From positions 82,150,001-82,214,000 of the forward strand of contig OZ024745.1 of assembly GCA_964016885.1 (NCBI GenBank): a stretch of 64,000 nt of DNA, given 5' to 3'. This DNA comes from Eledone cirrhosa (lineage: Eukaryota). The notes beneath the pieces are model-generated. The model was not told the origin of the DNA, made no database searches, and was given only the letters and a program-made list of their open reading frames with translations. Below, piece by piece: positions 47,301-62,228 of the stretch. The first letter of the stretch is position 1; each line of letters opens with the position of its first letter. Made by a program: the position numbers and the translations under genes.

Positions 47301-49459
47301 TAATTATCCACTCACACCAAATTGATAACGTATTCCCACAAAATTAATAATCCACTGACAACAAATTGATAACATATTCCCACAAAATTTATAATCCACT
47401 CACACCAAATTGATAACATATTCCCACAAAATTAATAATCCACTCACACCAAATTGATAACGTATTCTCACAAAATTGATAATTCACTCACACGAAATTG
47501 ATAACATATTACCACAAAATTGATAATTCATTCACACCAAATTGATAACATATTCCCACAAAATTAATAATCGACTCACAGCAAATTGATAACATATTCC
47601 CACAAAATTAATAATCCACTCACACCAAATTGATAACGTATTCCCACAAAATTAATAATCCACTCACACCAAATTGATAACATATTCCCACAAAATTGAT
47701 AATTCACACACACCAAGTTGATAACATATTCCCACAAAATTAATAATTCACTCACACCAAATTGATAACATATTCCCACAAAATTGATTATTCACTCATA
47801 CCAATTTGATAACATATTCCCACAAAATTAATAATTCACTCACACCAAATTGATAACATATTCCCATAAAATTTATAATTCACTCGCACCAAATTGATAA
47901 CGTATTCCCATTAAACTGATAATTCAATCACACACAATTGATAACTGATTTCCACAAAATTAATAATTCACTCACACGAAATTGATAACATATTCTCACT
48001 AAATTAATAATCCACTCACATCAAATTGATAACATATTCCCACAAAATTAATAATCCACTCACACCCAATTGATAACTTATTCCCAGAAAATTAATAATC
48101 CACTCACACCAAATTGATAACATATTCCCACACAATTGATAATTCACTCACATCAAATTGATAACATATTCCCACAAAATTAATAATCCACTCACACCAA
48201 ATTGATAACATATTACCACAAAATTAATAATCCTCTCACACCAAATTGATAACGTATTCTCAGAATATTAATAAACCACTCACACCGAATTGATAACTTA
48301 TTCCCACAAAATTGATAATTCACTCACACGAAATTGATAACATATTCCCACAAAATTGATAATTCACTCATACGAAATTGATAACATATTCCCACAAAAT
48401 TAATAATCCACTCACACGAAATTGATAATGTATTTCCACAAAATTAATAATTCACTCACACCAAATTGATAACATATTCCCACAAAATTGATTATTCACT
48501 CTTACCAAATTGATAACACATTCCCATTAAACTGATAATTCACTCGCACGAAATTGATAACATATTCCCACAAAATTGATAATGCTCTCACACCAAATTT
48601 ATAACATATTCCCTCAAGATTAATAATTGACTCACACCAAATTCATAACTTATTCCCACAAAATTGATAATTCACTCACACCAAATTGATAACATATTCC
48701 CACAAAATTAATAATCGACTCACAGCAAATTTATAACATATTCCCACAAAATTAATTATCCACTCACACCAAATTGATAACGTATTCCCACAAAATTAAT
48801 AATCCACTCACACCAAATTGATAACATATTCCCACAAAAGTGATAATTCACTCACACCAAATTGATAACATATTCCCACAAAATTAATAATTCACTCACA
48901 CCAAATTGATAACATATTCCCACAAAATTGATTATTCACTCATAGCAATTTGATAACATATTCCCACAAAATTAATAATTCACTCACACCAAATTGATAA
49001 CTTATTCCCATAAAATTTATAATTCACTCGCACCAAATTGATAACGTATTCCCACAAAATTAATAATTCACGCACACCAAATTGATAACATATTCCCACA
49101 AAATTAACAATCCACTCACACTAAATTGATAACATATTCCCACAAAATTAATAATACACTCACACCAAATTGATAACATATTCCCACAAAATTAATAATC
49201 CACTCACACCAAATTGATAACATATTCCCACAAAATTAGTAATTCACTCACACAAAATTGATAACATATTCCCATGAAACTGATAATACAATCACACACA
49301 ATTGATAACAGATTTCCACAAAATTAATAATTCACTCACACCCAATTGATAACTTATTCCCAGAAAATTAATAATCCACTCACACCAAATTGATAACTTA
49401 TTCCTATAAAATTAATAATTCACTCACACCCAATTGATAACTTATTCCCAGAAAATTAA

Positions 49460-52400
49460 TAATCCACTCACACCAAATTGATAACATATTCCCACAAAAT
49501 TGATTATTCACTCTTACCAAATTGATAACACATTCCCATTAAACTGAAAATTCACTCGCACTAAATTGATAACATATTCCCACAAATTTGATAATTCACT
49601 CGCACCAAATTGATAACATATTCCCACAAAATTAATAATTCACTCACACCAAATTGATAACATATTCCCATAAAATTTATAATTCACTCGCACCAAATTG
49701 ACAACGTATTCCCAGAAAATTAATAATTCACTCACACCAAATTGATAACATATCCCCATTAAACTGATACTTCAATCACACACAATTGATAACATATTCC
49801 CACAAAATTAATAATCCACTCACACCCAATTGATAACTTATTCCCAGAAAATTAATAATCCACTCACACCAAATTGATAACATATTCCCACAAAATTGAT
49901 AATTCACTCACACCAAATTGATAATTATTCCCATAAAATTAATAATTCACTCACACCAAATTGATAACATATTTCCACAAAATTGATAATTCACTCGCAC
50001 CAAATTGATAACATATTCCCACAAAATTAATAATCGACTCACAGCAAATTGATAACATATTCCCACAAAATTAATAATCCACTCACACTAAATTGATAAC
50101 ATATTCCCACAAAATTGATAATGCTCTCACACCAAATTGATAACATATTCCCACAAAATTAATAATTCACTCACAACAAATTGATAAATTATTCCCACAA
50201 AATTGATAATTCAATCACACCCAATTGATAACATATTCCCACAGCATTGATAATTCACTCGCACCAAATTGATAACATATTCCCACAAAATTAATAATTC
50301 ACTCACACCAAATTGATGACATATTCCCACAAAATTAATAATCCACTCACATCAAATTGATAACATATTCCCACAAAATTAATAATCCACTCACACCAAA
50401 TTGATAACATATTCCCACAAAATTAATAATCCACTCACACCAAATTGATAACATATTCCCACAAAATTAATAATCAACTCACACCAAATTGATAACATTC
50501 CCACAAAATTAATAATCCACTCACACCAAATTGATAACATATTCCCACAAAATTAATAATCCACTCACACCAAATTGATAACATATTCCCAGAAAATTAG
50601 TAATTCACTCACACCAAATTGATAACATATTCCCAATAAACAGATAATTCAATCACACGAAATTGATAACATATTTCCACAAAATTAATAATTCACTCAC
50701 ACGAAATTGATAACTTATTCCCAGAAAATTAATAATCCTCTCACACCAAATTGATAACATATTCCCACAAAATTGATAATTCACTCCCACCAAATGATAA
50801 CTTATTCCCATAAAATTAATAATTCACTCACACCAAATTGATAACATATTCCCACAAAATTAATAATCCACTCACACCAAATTGATAACATATTCCCACA
50901 AAATTGATAATTCACTCGCACCAAATTGATAACATATTCCCACAAAATTAATAATCGACTCACAGCAAATTGATAACATATTCCCACAAAATTAATAATC
51001 CACTCACACCAAATTGATATCGTATTCCCACAAAATTAATAATCCACTCACACCAAATTCATAACTTATTCCTATAAAATTAATAATTCACTCACACCAA
51101 ATTGATAATATATTCCCACAAAATTAATAATCCACTCACACCAAATTGATAACATATTACCACAAAATTAATAATCCTCTCACACCAAATTGATAACGTA
51201 TTCCCAGAATATTAATAATCCACTCACACCAAATTCATAACTTATTCCCACAAAATTGATAATTCACTCACACAAAATTGATAACATATTCCCACAAAAT
51301 TGATAATTCACTCGCACCAAATTGATAACATATTCCCACAAAATTAATAATCCACTCACACCAAATTCATAACATATTCCCACAAAATTAATAATCCACT
51401 CACACCCAATTGATAACATATTCCCACAAAATTAATAATTCACTCACACCAAATTGATAACATATTCCCACAAAATTGATTATTCACTCTTACCAAATTG
51501 ATAACACATTCCCATTAAACTGAAAATTCACTCGCACTAAATTGATAACATATTCCCACAAAATTGATAATGCTCTCACACCAAATTGATAACATATTCC
51601 CACAGAATTAATAATTCACTCACACCAAATTGATAACTTATTCCCACAAAATTGATAATTCAATCACACCCAATTGATAACATATTCCCACAAATTTGAT
51701 AATTCACTCGCACCAAATTGATAACATATTCCCACAAAATTAATAATTCACTCACACCAAATTGATAACATATTCCCATAAAATTTATAATTCACTCGCA
51801 CCAAATTGACAACGTATTCCCAGAAAATTAATAATTCACTCACACCAAATTGATAACATATCCCCATTAAACTGATACTTCAATCACACACAATTGATAA
51901 CATATTCCCACAAAATTAATAATCCACTCACACCCAATTGATAACTTATTCCCAGAAAATTAATAATCCACTCACACCAAATTGATAACATATTCCCACA
52001 AAATTGATAATTCACTCACACCAAATTGATAATTATTCCCATAAAATTAATAATTCACTCACACCAAATTGATAACATATTTCCACAAAATTGATAATTC
52101 ACTCGCACCAAATTGATAACATATTCCCACAAAATTAATAATCGACTCACAGCAAATTGATAACATATTCCCACAAAATTAATAATCCACTCACACTAAA
52201 TTGATAACGTATTGCCACGAAATTAATAATCCACTCACACCAAATTGATAACATATTCCCACAAAATTGATTATTCACTCTTACCAAATTGATGACACAT
52301 TCCCATTAAACTGATAATTCACTCGCACTAAATTGATAACATATTCCCACAAAATTGATAATGCTCTCACACCAAATTGATAACATATTCCCACAAAATT

Positions 52401-53300
52401 AATAATTCACTCACAAAAAATTGATAAATTATTCCCACAAAATTGATAATTCAATCACACCCAATTGATAACATATTCCCACAGCATTGATAATTCACTC
52501 GCACCAAATTGATAACATATTCCCACAAAATTAATAATTCACTCACACCAAATTGATGACATATTCCCACAAATTTAATAATCCACTCACACCAAATTGA
52601 TAACATATTCCCACAAAATTAATAATCCACACACACCAAATTGATAACATATTCCCACAAAATTAATAATCCACTCACACCAAATTGATAACATATTTCC
52701 ACAAAATTAATAATCCACTCACACCAAATTGATAACATTCCCACAAAATTAATAATCCACTCACACCAAATTGATAACATATTCCCACAAAATTAATAAT
52801 CCACTCACACCAAATTGATAACATATTCCCAGAAAATTAGTAATTCACTCACACCAAATTGATAACATATTCCCAATAAACAGATAATTCAATCGCACGA
52901 AATTGATAACATATTTCCACAAAATTAATAATTCACTCACACGAAATTGATAACTTATTCCCAGAAAATTAATAATCCTCTCACACCAAATTGATAACAT
53001 ATTCCCACAAAATTGATAATTCACTCCCACCAAATTGATAACTTATTCCCATAAAATTAATAATTCACTCACACCAAATTGATAACATATTCCCACAAAA
53101 TTAATAATCCACTCACAACAAATTGATAACATATTCCCACAAAATTGATAATTCACTCGCACCAAATTGATAACATATTCCCACAAAATTAATAATCGAC
53201 TCACAGCAAATTGATAACATATTCCAACAAAATTAATAATCCACTCACACCAAATTGATATTGTATTCCCACAAAATTAATAATCCACTCACACCAAATT
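49460..53300 (+). repeat. Imperfect tandem duplication, ~48-monomer (2108-bp) period
   Basis: Rare variant TTGACAACGTATTCCCAG at ~49700 and ~51808; shared order of neighbouring variants, with whole-monomer gains and losses. Confidence 0.72.
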
Positions 53301-56252
53301 GATAACATATTCCCACAAAATTAATAATTCACTCACACCAAATTGATAACATATTCCCACAAAATTGATTATTCACTCTTACCAAATTGATAACACATTC
53401 CCATTAAACTGATAATTCACTGGCATCAAATTGATAACATATTCCCACAAAATTGATAATGCTCTCACACGAAATTGATAACATATTCCCTCAAAATTAA
53501 TAATTAACTCACACCAAATTGATAACTTATTCCCACAAAGTTGATAATTCAATTACACACAATTGATAATAAATTCCCACAAAATTAATAATTCACTCAC
53601 ACGAAATTGATAACATAATCCCATAAAATTAATAATCCACTCACACCAAATTGATAACGTATTCCCACAAAATTAATAATCCACTCACACCAAATTGATA
53701 ACATATTCCCACAAAATTGATTATTCACTCATAGCAATTTGATAACATATTCCCACAAAATTAATAATTGACTCACACCAAATTGATAACATATTCCCAT
53801 AAAATTTATAATTCACTCGCACCAAATTGATAACGTATTCCCACAAAATTAATAATTCACGCACACCAAATTGATAACATATTCCCACAAAATTAATAAT
53901 CCACTCTCACTAAATTGATAACATATTTTCACAAAATTAATAATCCACTCACACCAAATTGATAACATATTCCCACAAAATTAATAATTCACTCACACCA
54001 AATTGATAACATATTCCCACAAAATTGATTATTCACTCATAGCAATTTGATAACATATTCCCACAAAATTAATAAATTACTCACACCAAATTGATAACAT
54101 ATTTCCACAAAATTGATAATTCACTCGCACCAAATTGATAACATATTCCCACAAAATTAATAATCGACTCACAGCAAATTGATAACATATTCCCACAAAA
54201 TTAATAATCCACTCACACTAAATTGATAACGTATTGCCACAAAATTAATAATCCACTCACACCAAATTGATAACATATTCCCACAAAATTGATTATTCAC
54301 TCTTACCAAATTGATGACACATTCCCATTAAACTGATAATTCACTCGCACTAAATTGATAACATATTCCCACAAAATTGATAATGCTCTCACACCAAATT
54401 GATAACATATTCCCACAGCATTGATAATTCACTCGCACCAAATTGATAACATATTCCCACAAAATTAATAATTCACTCACACCAAATTGATGACATATTC
54501 CCATAATATTTATAATTAACTCGCACCAAATTAATAACGTATTCCCACAAAATTAATAATTCACGCACACCAAATTGATAACATTCCCACAAAATTAATA
54601 ATCCTCTCGCACCAAATTGATAATATATTCCCACAAAATTAATAATCCACTCACACCAAATTGATAACATATTCCCACAAAATTAATAATCCACTCACAC
54701 CAAATTGATAACATATTCCCACAAAATTAATAACCCACTCACACCAAATTGATAACATTCCCACAAAATTAATAATCCACTCACACCAAATTGATAACAT
54801 ATTCCCACAAAATTAATAATCCACTCACACCAAATTGATAACATATTCCCAGAAAATTAGTAATTCACTCACACCAAATTGATAACATTCCCACAAAATT
54901 AATAATCCACTCACACCAAATTGATACCATATTCCCACAAAATTAATAATCCACTCACACCAAATTGATAACATATTCCCAGAAAATTAGTAATTCACTC
55001 ACACCAAATTGATAACATATTCCCAATAAACAGATAATTCAATCACACGAAATTGATAACATATTTCCACAAAATTAATAATTCACTCACACGAAATTGA
55101 TAACTTATTCCCAGAAAATTAATAATCCTCTCACACCAAATTGATAACATATTCCCACAAAATTGATAATTCACTCCCACCAAATTGATAACTTATTCCC
55201 ATAAAATTAATAAGTCACTCACACCAAATTGATAACATATTCCCACAAAATTGATTATTCACTGTTACCAAATTGATGACACATTCCCATTAAACTGATA
55301 ATTCACTCGCACTAAATTGATAACATATTCCCACATAATTGATAATGCTCTCACACCAAATTGATAACATATTCCCACAAAATTAATAATTCACTCACAA
55401 CAAATTGATAAATTATTCCCACAAAATTGATAATTCAATCACACCCAATTGATAACATATTCCCACAGCATTGATAATTCACTCGCACCAAATTGATAAC
55501 ATATTCCCACAAAATTAATAATTCACTCACACCAAATTGATGACATATTCCCATAATATTTATAATTAACTCGCACCAAATTAATAACGTATTCCCACAA
55601 AATTAATAATTCACGCACACCAAATTGATAACATTCCCACAAAATTAATAATCCTCTCGCACTAAATTGATAACATATTCCCACAAAATTAATAATCCAC
55701 TCACACCAAATTGATAACACATTCCCACAAAATTAATAATCCTCTCACACCAAATTGATAACATATTCCCACAAAATTAATAATCCACTCACACCAAATT
55801 GATAACATTCCCACAAAATTAATAATCCACTCACACCAAATTGATAACATATTCCCACAAAATTAATAATCCACTCACACCAAATTGATAACATATTCCC
55901 AGAAAATTAGTAATTCACTCACACCAAATTGATAACATTCCCACAAAATTAATAATCCACTCACACCAAATTGATAACATATTCCCACAAAATTAATAAT
56001 CCACTCACACCAAATTGATAACATATTCCCAGAAAATTAGTAATTCACTCACACCAAATTGATCACATATTCCCAATAAACAGATAATTCAATCACACGA
56101 AATTGATAACATATTTCCACAAAATTAATAATTCACTCACACGAAATTGATAACTTATTCCCAGAAAATTAATAATCCTCTCACACCAAATTGATAACAT
56201 ATTCCCACAAAATTGATAATTAACTCCCACCAAATTGATAACTTATTCCCAT

Positions 56253-59200
56253 AAAATTAATAATTCACTCACACCAAATTGATAACATATTCCCACAAAA
56301 TTAATAATCCACTCACCCCAAATTGATAACATATTCCCACAAAATTGATAATTCACTCGCACCAAATTGATAACATATTCCCACAAAATTAATAATCGAC
56401 TCACAGCAAATTTATAACATATTCCCACAAAATTAATAATCCACTCACACCAAATTGATATCGTATTACCACAAAATTAATAATCCACTCACACCAAATT
56501 GATAACATATTCCCACAAAATTAATAATTCACTCACACCAAATTGATAACATATTCCCACAAAATTGATTATTCACTCTTACCAAATTGATAACACATTC
56601 CCATTAAACTGATAATTAACTGGCACCAAATTGATAACATATTCCCACAAAATTGATAATGCTCTCACACGAAATTGGTAACATATTCCCTCAAAATTAA
56701 TAATTAACTCACACCAAATTGATAACTTATTCCCACAAAGTTGATAATTCAATTACACACAATTGATAACATATTCCCACAAAATTAATAATTCACTCAC
56801 ACGAAATTGATAACATAATCCCATAAAATTAATAATCCACTCACACCAAATTGATAACATATTCCCACAAAATTAATAATTCACTCACACCAAATTGATA
56901 ACATATTCCCACAAAATTGATTATTCACTCATAGCAATTTGATAACATATTCCCACAAAATTAATAATTGACTCACACCAAATTGATAACATATTCCCAT
57001 AAAATTTATAATTCACTCGCACCAAATTGATAACGTATTCCCACAAAATTAATAATTCACGCACACCAAATTGATAACATATTCCCACAAAATTAATAAT
57101 CCACTCTCACTAAATTGATAACATATTTTCACAAAATTAATAATCCACTCACACCAAATTGATAACATATTCCCACAAAATTAATAATTCACTCACACCA
57201 AATTGATAACATATTCCCACAAAATTTATTATTCACTCATAGCAATTTGATAACATATTCCCACAAAATTAATAATTCACTCACACCAAATTGATAACAT
57301 ATTTCCACAAAATTGATAATTCACTCGCACCAAATTGATAACATATTCCCACAAAATTAATAATCGACTCACAGCAAATTGATAACATATTCCCACAAAA
57401 TTAATAATCCACTCACACTAAATTGATAACGTATTGCCACAAAATTAATAATCCACTCACACCAAATTGATAACATATTCCCACAAAATTGATTATTCAC
57501 TCTTACTAAATTGATGACACATTCCCATTAAACTGATAATTCACTCGCACTAAATTGATAACATATTCCCACAAAATTGATAATGCTCTCACACCAAATT
57601 GATAACAAATTCCCACAAAATTAATAATTCACTCACAACAAATTGATAAATTATTCCCACAAAATTGATAATTCAATCACACCCAATTGATAACATATTC
57701 CCACAGCATTGATAATTCACTCGCACCAAATTGATAACATATTCCCACAAAATTAATAATTCACTCACACCAAATTGATGACATATTCCCATAATATTTA
57801 TAATTAACTCGCACCAAATTAATAACGTATTCTCACAAAATTAATAATTCACGCACACCAAATTGATAACATATTCCCACAAAATTAATAATCCACTCTC
57901 ACTAAATTGATAACATATTTTCACAAAATTAATAATCCACTCACACCAAATTGATAACATATTCCCACAAAATTAATAATTCACTCACACCAAATTGATA
58001 ACATATTCCCACAAAATTGATTATTCACTCATAGCAATTTGATAACATATTCCCACAAAATTAATAATTCACTCACACCAAATTGATAACATATTTCCAC
58101 AAAATTGATAATTCACTCGCACCAAATTGATAACATATTCCCACAAAATTAATAATCGACTCACAGCAAATTGATAACATATTTCCACAAAATTAATAAT
58201 CCACTCACACTAAATTGATAACGTATTGCCACAAAATTAATAATCCACTCTCACCAAATTGATAACATATTCCCACAAAATTGATTATTCACTCTTACCA
58301 AATTGATGACGCATTCCCATTAAACTGATAATTCACTCGCACTAAATTGATAACATATTCCCACAAAATTGATAATGCTCTCACACCAAATTGATAACAT
58401 ATTCCCACAAAATTAATAATTCACTCACAACAAATTGATAAATTATTCCCACAAAATTGATAATTCAATCACACCCAATTGATAACATATTCCCACAGCA
58501 TTGATAATTCACTCGCACCAAATTGATAACATATTCCCACAAAATTAATAATTCACTCACACCAAATTGATGACATATTCCCATAATATTTATAATTAAC
58601 TCGCACCAAATTAATAACGTATTCCCACAAAATTAATAATTCACGCACACCAAATTGATAACATTCCCACAAAATTAATAATCCTCTCGCACCAAATTGA
58701 TAACATATTCCCACAAAATTAATAATCCACTCACACCAAATTGATAACATATTCCCATAAAATTAATAATCCACTCACACCAAATTGATAACATATTCCC
58801 ACAAAATTAATAATCCACTCACACCAAATTGATAACATTCCCACAAAATTAATAATCCACTCACACCAAATTGATAACATATTCCCACAAAATTAATAAT
58901 CCACTCACACCAAATTGATAACATATTCCCACAAAATTAATAATCCACTCACACCAAATTGATATCGTATTCCCACAAAATTAATAATCCACTCACACCA
59001 AATTGATAACATATTCCCATAAAATTAATAATTCACTCACACCAAATTGATAACATATTCCCACAAAATTGATTATTCACTCTTACCAAATTGATAACAC
59101 ATTCCCAGAAAATTAGTAATTCACTCACACCAAATTGATCACATATTCCCAATAAACTGATAATTCAATCACACGAAATTGATAACATATTTCCACAAAA

Positions 59201-62200
59201 TTAATAATTCACTCACACGAAATTGATAACTTATTCCCAGAAAATTAATAATTCACTCACACCAAATTGATAACATATTCCCACAAAATTAATAATCCAC
59301 TCACCCCAAATTGATAACATATTCCCACAAAATTGATAATTCACTCGCACCAAATTGATAACATATTCCCACAAAATTAATAATCGACTCACAGCAAATT
59401 TATAACATATTCCCACAAAATTAATAATCCACTCACACCAAATTGATATCGTATTACCACAAAATTAATAATCCACTCACACCAAATTGATAACATATTC
59501 CCACAAAATTAATAATTCACTCACACCAAATTGATAACATATTCCCACAAAATTGATTATTCACTCTTACCAAATTGATAACACATTCCCATTAAACTGA
59601 TAATTAACTGGCACCAAATTGATAACATATTCCCACAAAATTGATAATGCTCTCACACGAAATTGGTAACATATTCCCTCAAAATTAATAATTAACTCAC
59701 ACCAAATTGATAACTTATTCCCACAAAGTTGATAATTCAATTACACACAATTGATAACATATTCCCACAAAATTAATAATTCACTCACACGAAATTGATA
59801 ACATAATCCCATAAAATTAATAATCCACTCACACCAAATTGATAACATATTCCCACAAAATTAATAATTCACTCACACCAAATTGATAACATATTCCCAC
59901 AAAATTGATTATTCACTCATAGCAATTTGATAACATATTCCCACAAAATTAATAATTGACTCACACCAAATTGATAACATATTCCCATAAAATTTATAAT
60001 TCACTCGCACCAAATTGATAACGTATTCCCACAAAATTAATAATTCACGCACACCAAATTGATAACATATTCCCACAAAATTAATAATCCACTCTCACTA
60101 AATTGATAACATATTTTCACAAAATTAATAATCCACTCACACCAAATTGATAACATATTCCCACAAAATTAATAATTCACTCACACCAAATTGATAACAT
60201 ATTCCCACAAAATTTATTATTCACTCATAGCAATTTGATAACATATTCCCACAAAATTAATAATTCACTCACACCAAATTGATAACATATTTCCACAAAA
60301 TTGATAATTCACTCGCACCAAATTGATAACATATTCCCACAAAATTAATAATCGACTCACAGCAAATTGATAACATATTCCCACAAAATTAATAATCCAC
60401 TCACACTAAATTGATAACGTATTGCCACAAAATTAATAATCCACTCACACCAAATTGATAACATATTCCCACAAAATTGATTATTCACTCTTACTAAATT
60501 GATGACACATTCCCATTAAACTGATAATTCACTCGCACTAAATTGATAACATATTCCCACAAAATTGATAATGCTCTCACACCAAATTGATAACAAATTC
60601 CCACAAAATTAATAATTCACTCACAACAAATTGATAAATTATTCCCACAAAATTGATAATTCAATCACACCCAATTGATAACATATTCCCACAGCATTGA
60701 TAATTCACTCGCACCAAATTGATAACATATTCCCACAAAATTAATAATTCACTCACACCAAATTGATGACATATTCCCATAATATTTATAATTAACTCGC
60801 ACCAAATTAATAACGTATTCTCACAAAATTAATAATTCACGCACACCAAATTGATAACATATTCCCACAAAATTAATAATCCACTCTCACTAAATTGATA
60901 ACATATTTTCACAAAATTAATAATCCACTCACACCAAATTGATAACATATTCCCACAAAATTAATAATTCACTCACACCAAATTGATAACATATTCCCAC
61001 AAAATTGATTATTCACTCATAGCAATTTGATAACATATTCCCACAAAATTAATAATTCACTCACACCAAATTGATAACATATTTCCACAAAATTGATAAT
61101 TCACTCGCACCAAATTGATAACATATTCCCACAAAATTAATAATCGACTCACAGCAAATTGATAACATATTTCCACAAAATTAATAATCCACTCACACTA
61201 AATTGATAACGTATTGCCACAAAATTAATAATCCACTCTCACCAAATTGATAACATATTCCCACAAAATTGATTATTCACTCTTACCAAATTGATGACGC
61301 ATTCCCATTAAACTGATAATTCACTCGCACTAAATTGATAACATATTCCCACAAAATTGATAATGCTCTCACACCAAATTGATAACATATTCCCACAAAA
61401 TTAATAATTCACTCACAACAAATTGATAAATTATTCCCACAAAATTGATAATTCAATCACACCCAATTGATAACATATTCCCACAGCATTGATAATTCAC
61501 TCGCACCAAATTGATAACATATTCCCACAAAATTAATAATTCACTCACACCAAATTGATGACATATTCCCATAATATTTATAATTAACTCGCACCAAATT
61601 AATAACGTATTCCCACAAAATTAATAATTCACGCACACCAAATTGATAACATTCCCACAAAATTAATAATCCTCTCGCACCAAATTGATAACATATTCCC
61701 ACAAAATTAATAATCCACTCACACCAAATTGATAACATATTCCCATAAAATTAATAATCCACTCACACCAAATTGATAACATATTCCCACAAAATTAATA
61801 ATCCACTCACACCAAATTGATAACATTCCCACAAAATTAATAATCCACTCACACCAAATTGATAACATATTCCCACAAAATTAATAATCCACTCACACCA
61901 AATTGATAACATATTCCCACAAAATTAATAATCCACTCACACCAAATTGATATCGTATTCCCACAAAATTAATAATCCACTCACACCAAATTGATAACAT
62001 ATTCCCATAAAATTAATAATTCACTCACACCAAATTGATAACATATTCCCACAAAATTGATTATTCACTCTTACCAAATTGATAACACATTCCCAGAAAA
62101 TTAGTAATTCACTCACACCAAATTGATCACATATTCCCAATAAACTGATAATTCAATCACACGAAATTGATAACATATTTCCACAAAATTAATAATTCAC

Positions 62201-62228
62201 TCACACGAAATTGATAACTTATTCCCAG
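56253..62228 (+). repeat. 68-monomer (2988-bp) apparently perfect tandem duplication with an internal 18-monomer (792-bp) repeat
   Basis: ACTCACCCCA 56311/59299, TCTTACTAAA 57501/60489, GATAACAAAT 57601/60589, GACGC 58308/61296 and ORF pairs 56243/59231, 58553/61541, all offset 2988 = 68 x 44 - 4; CCACTCTCACTA at 57101/57893 and 60089/60881 (offset 792). Confidence 0.92.
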
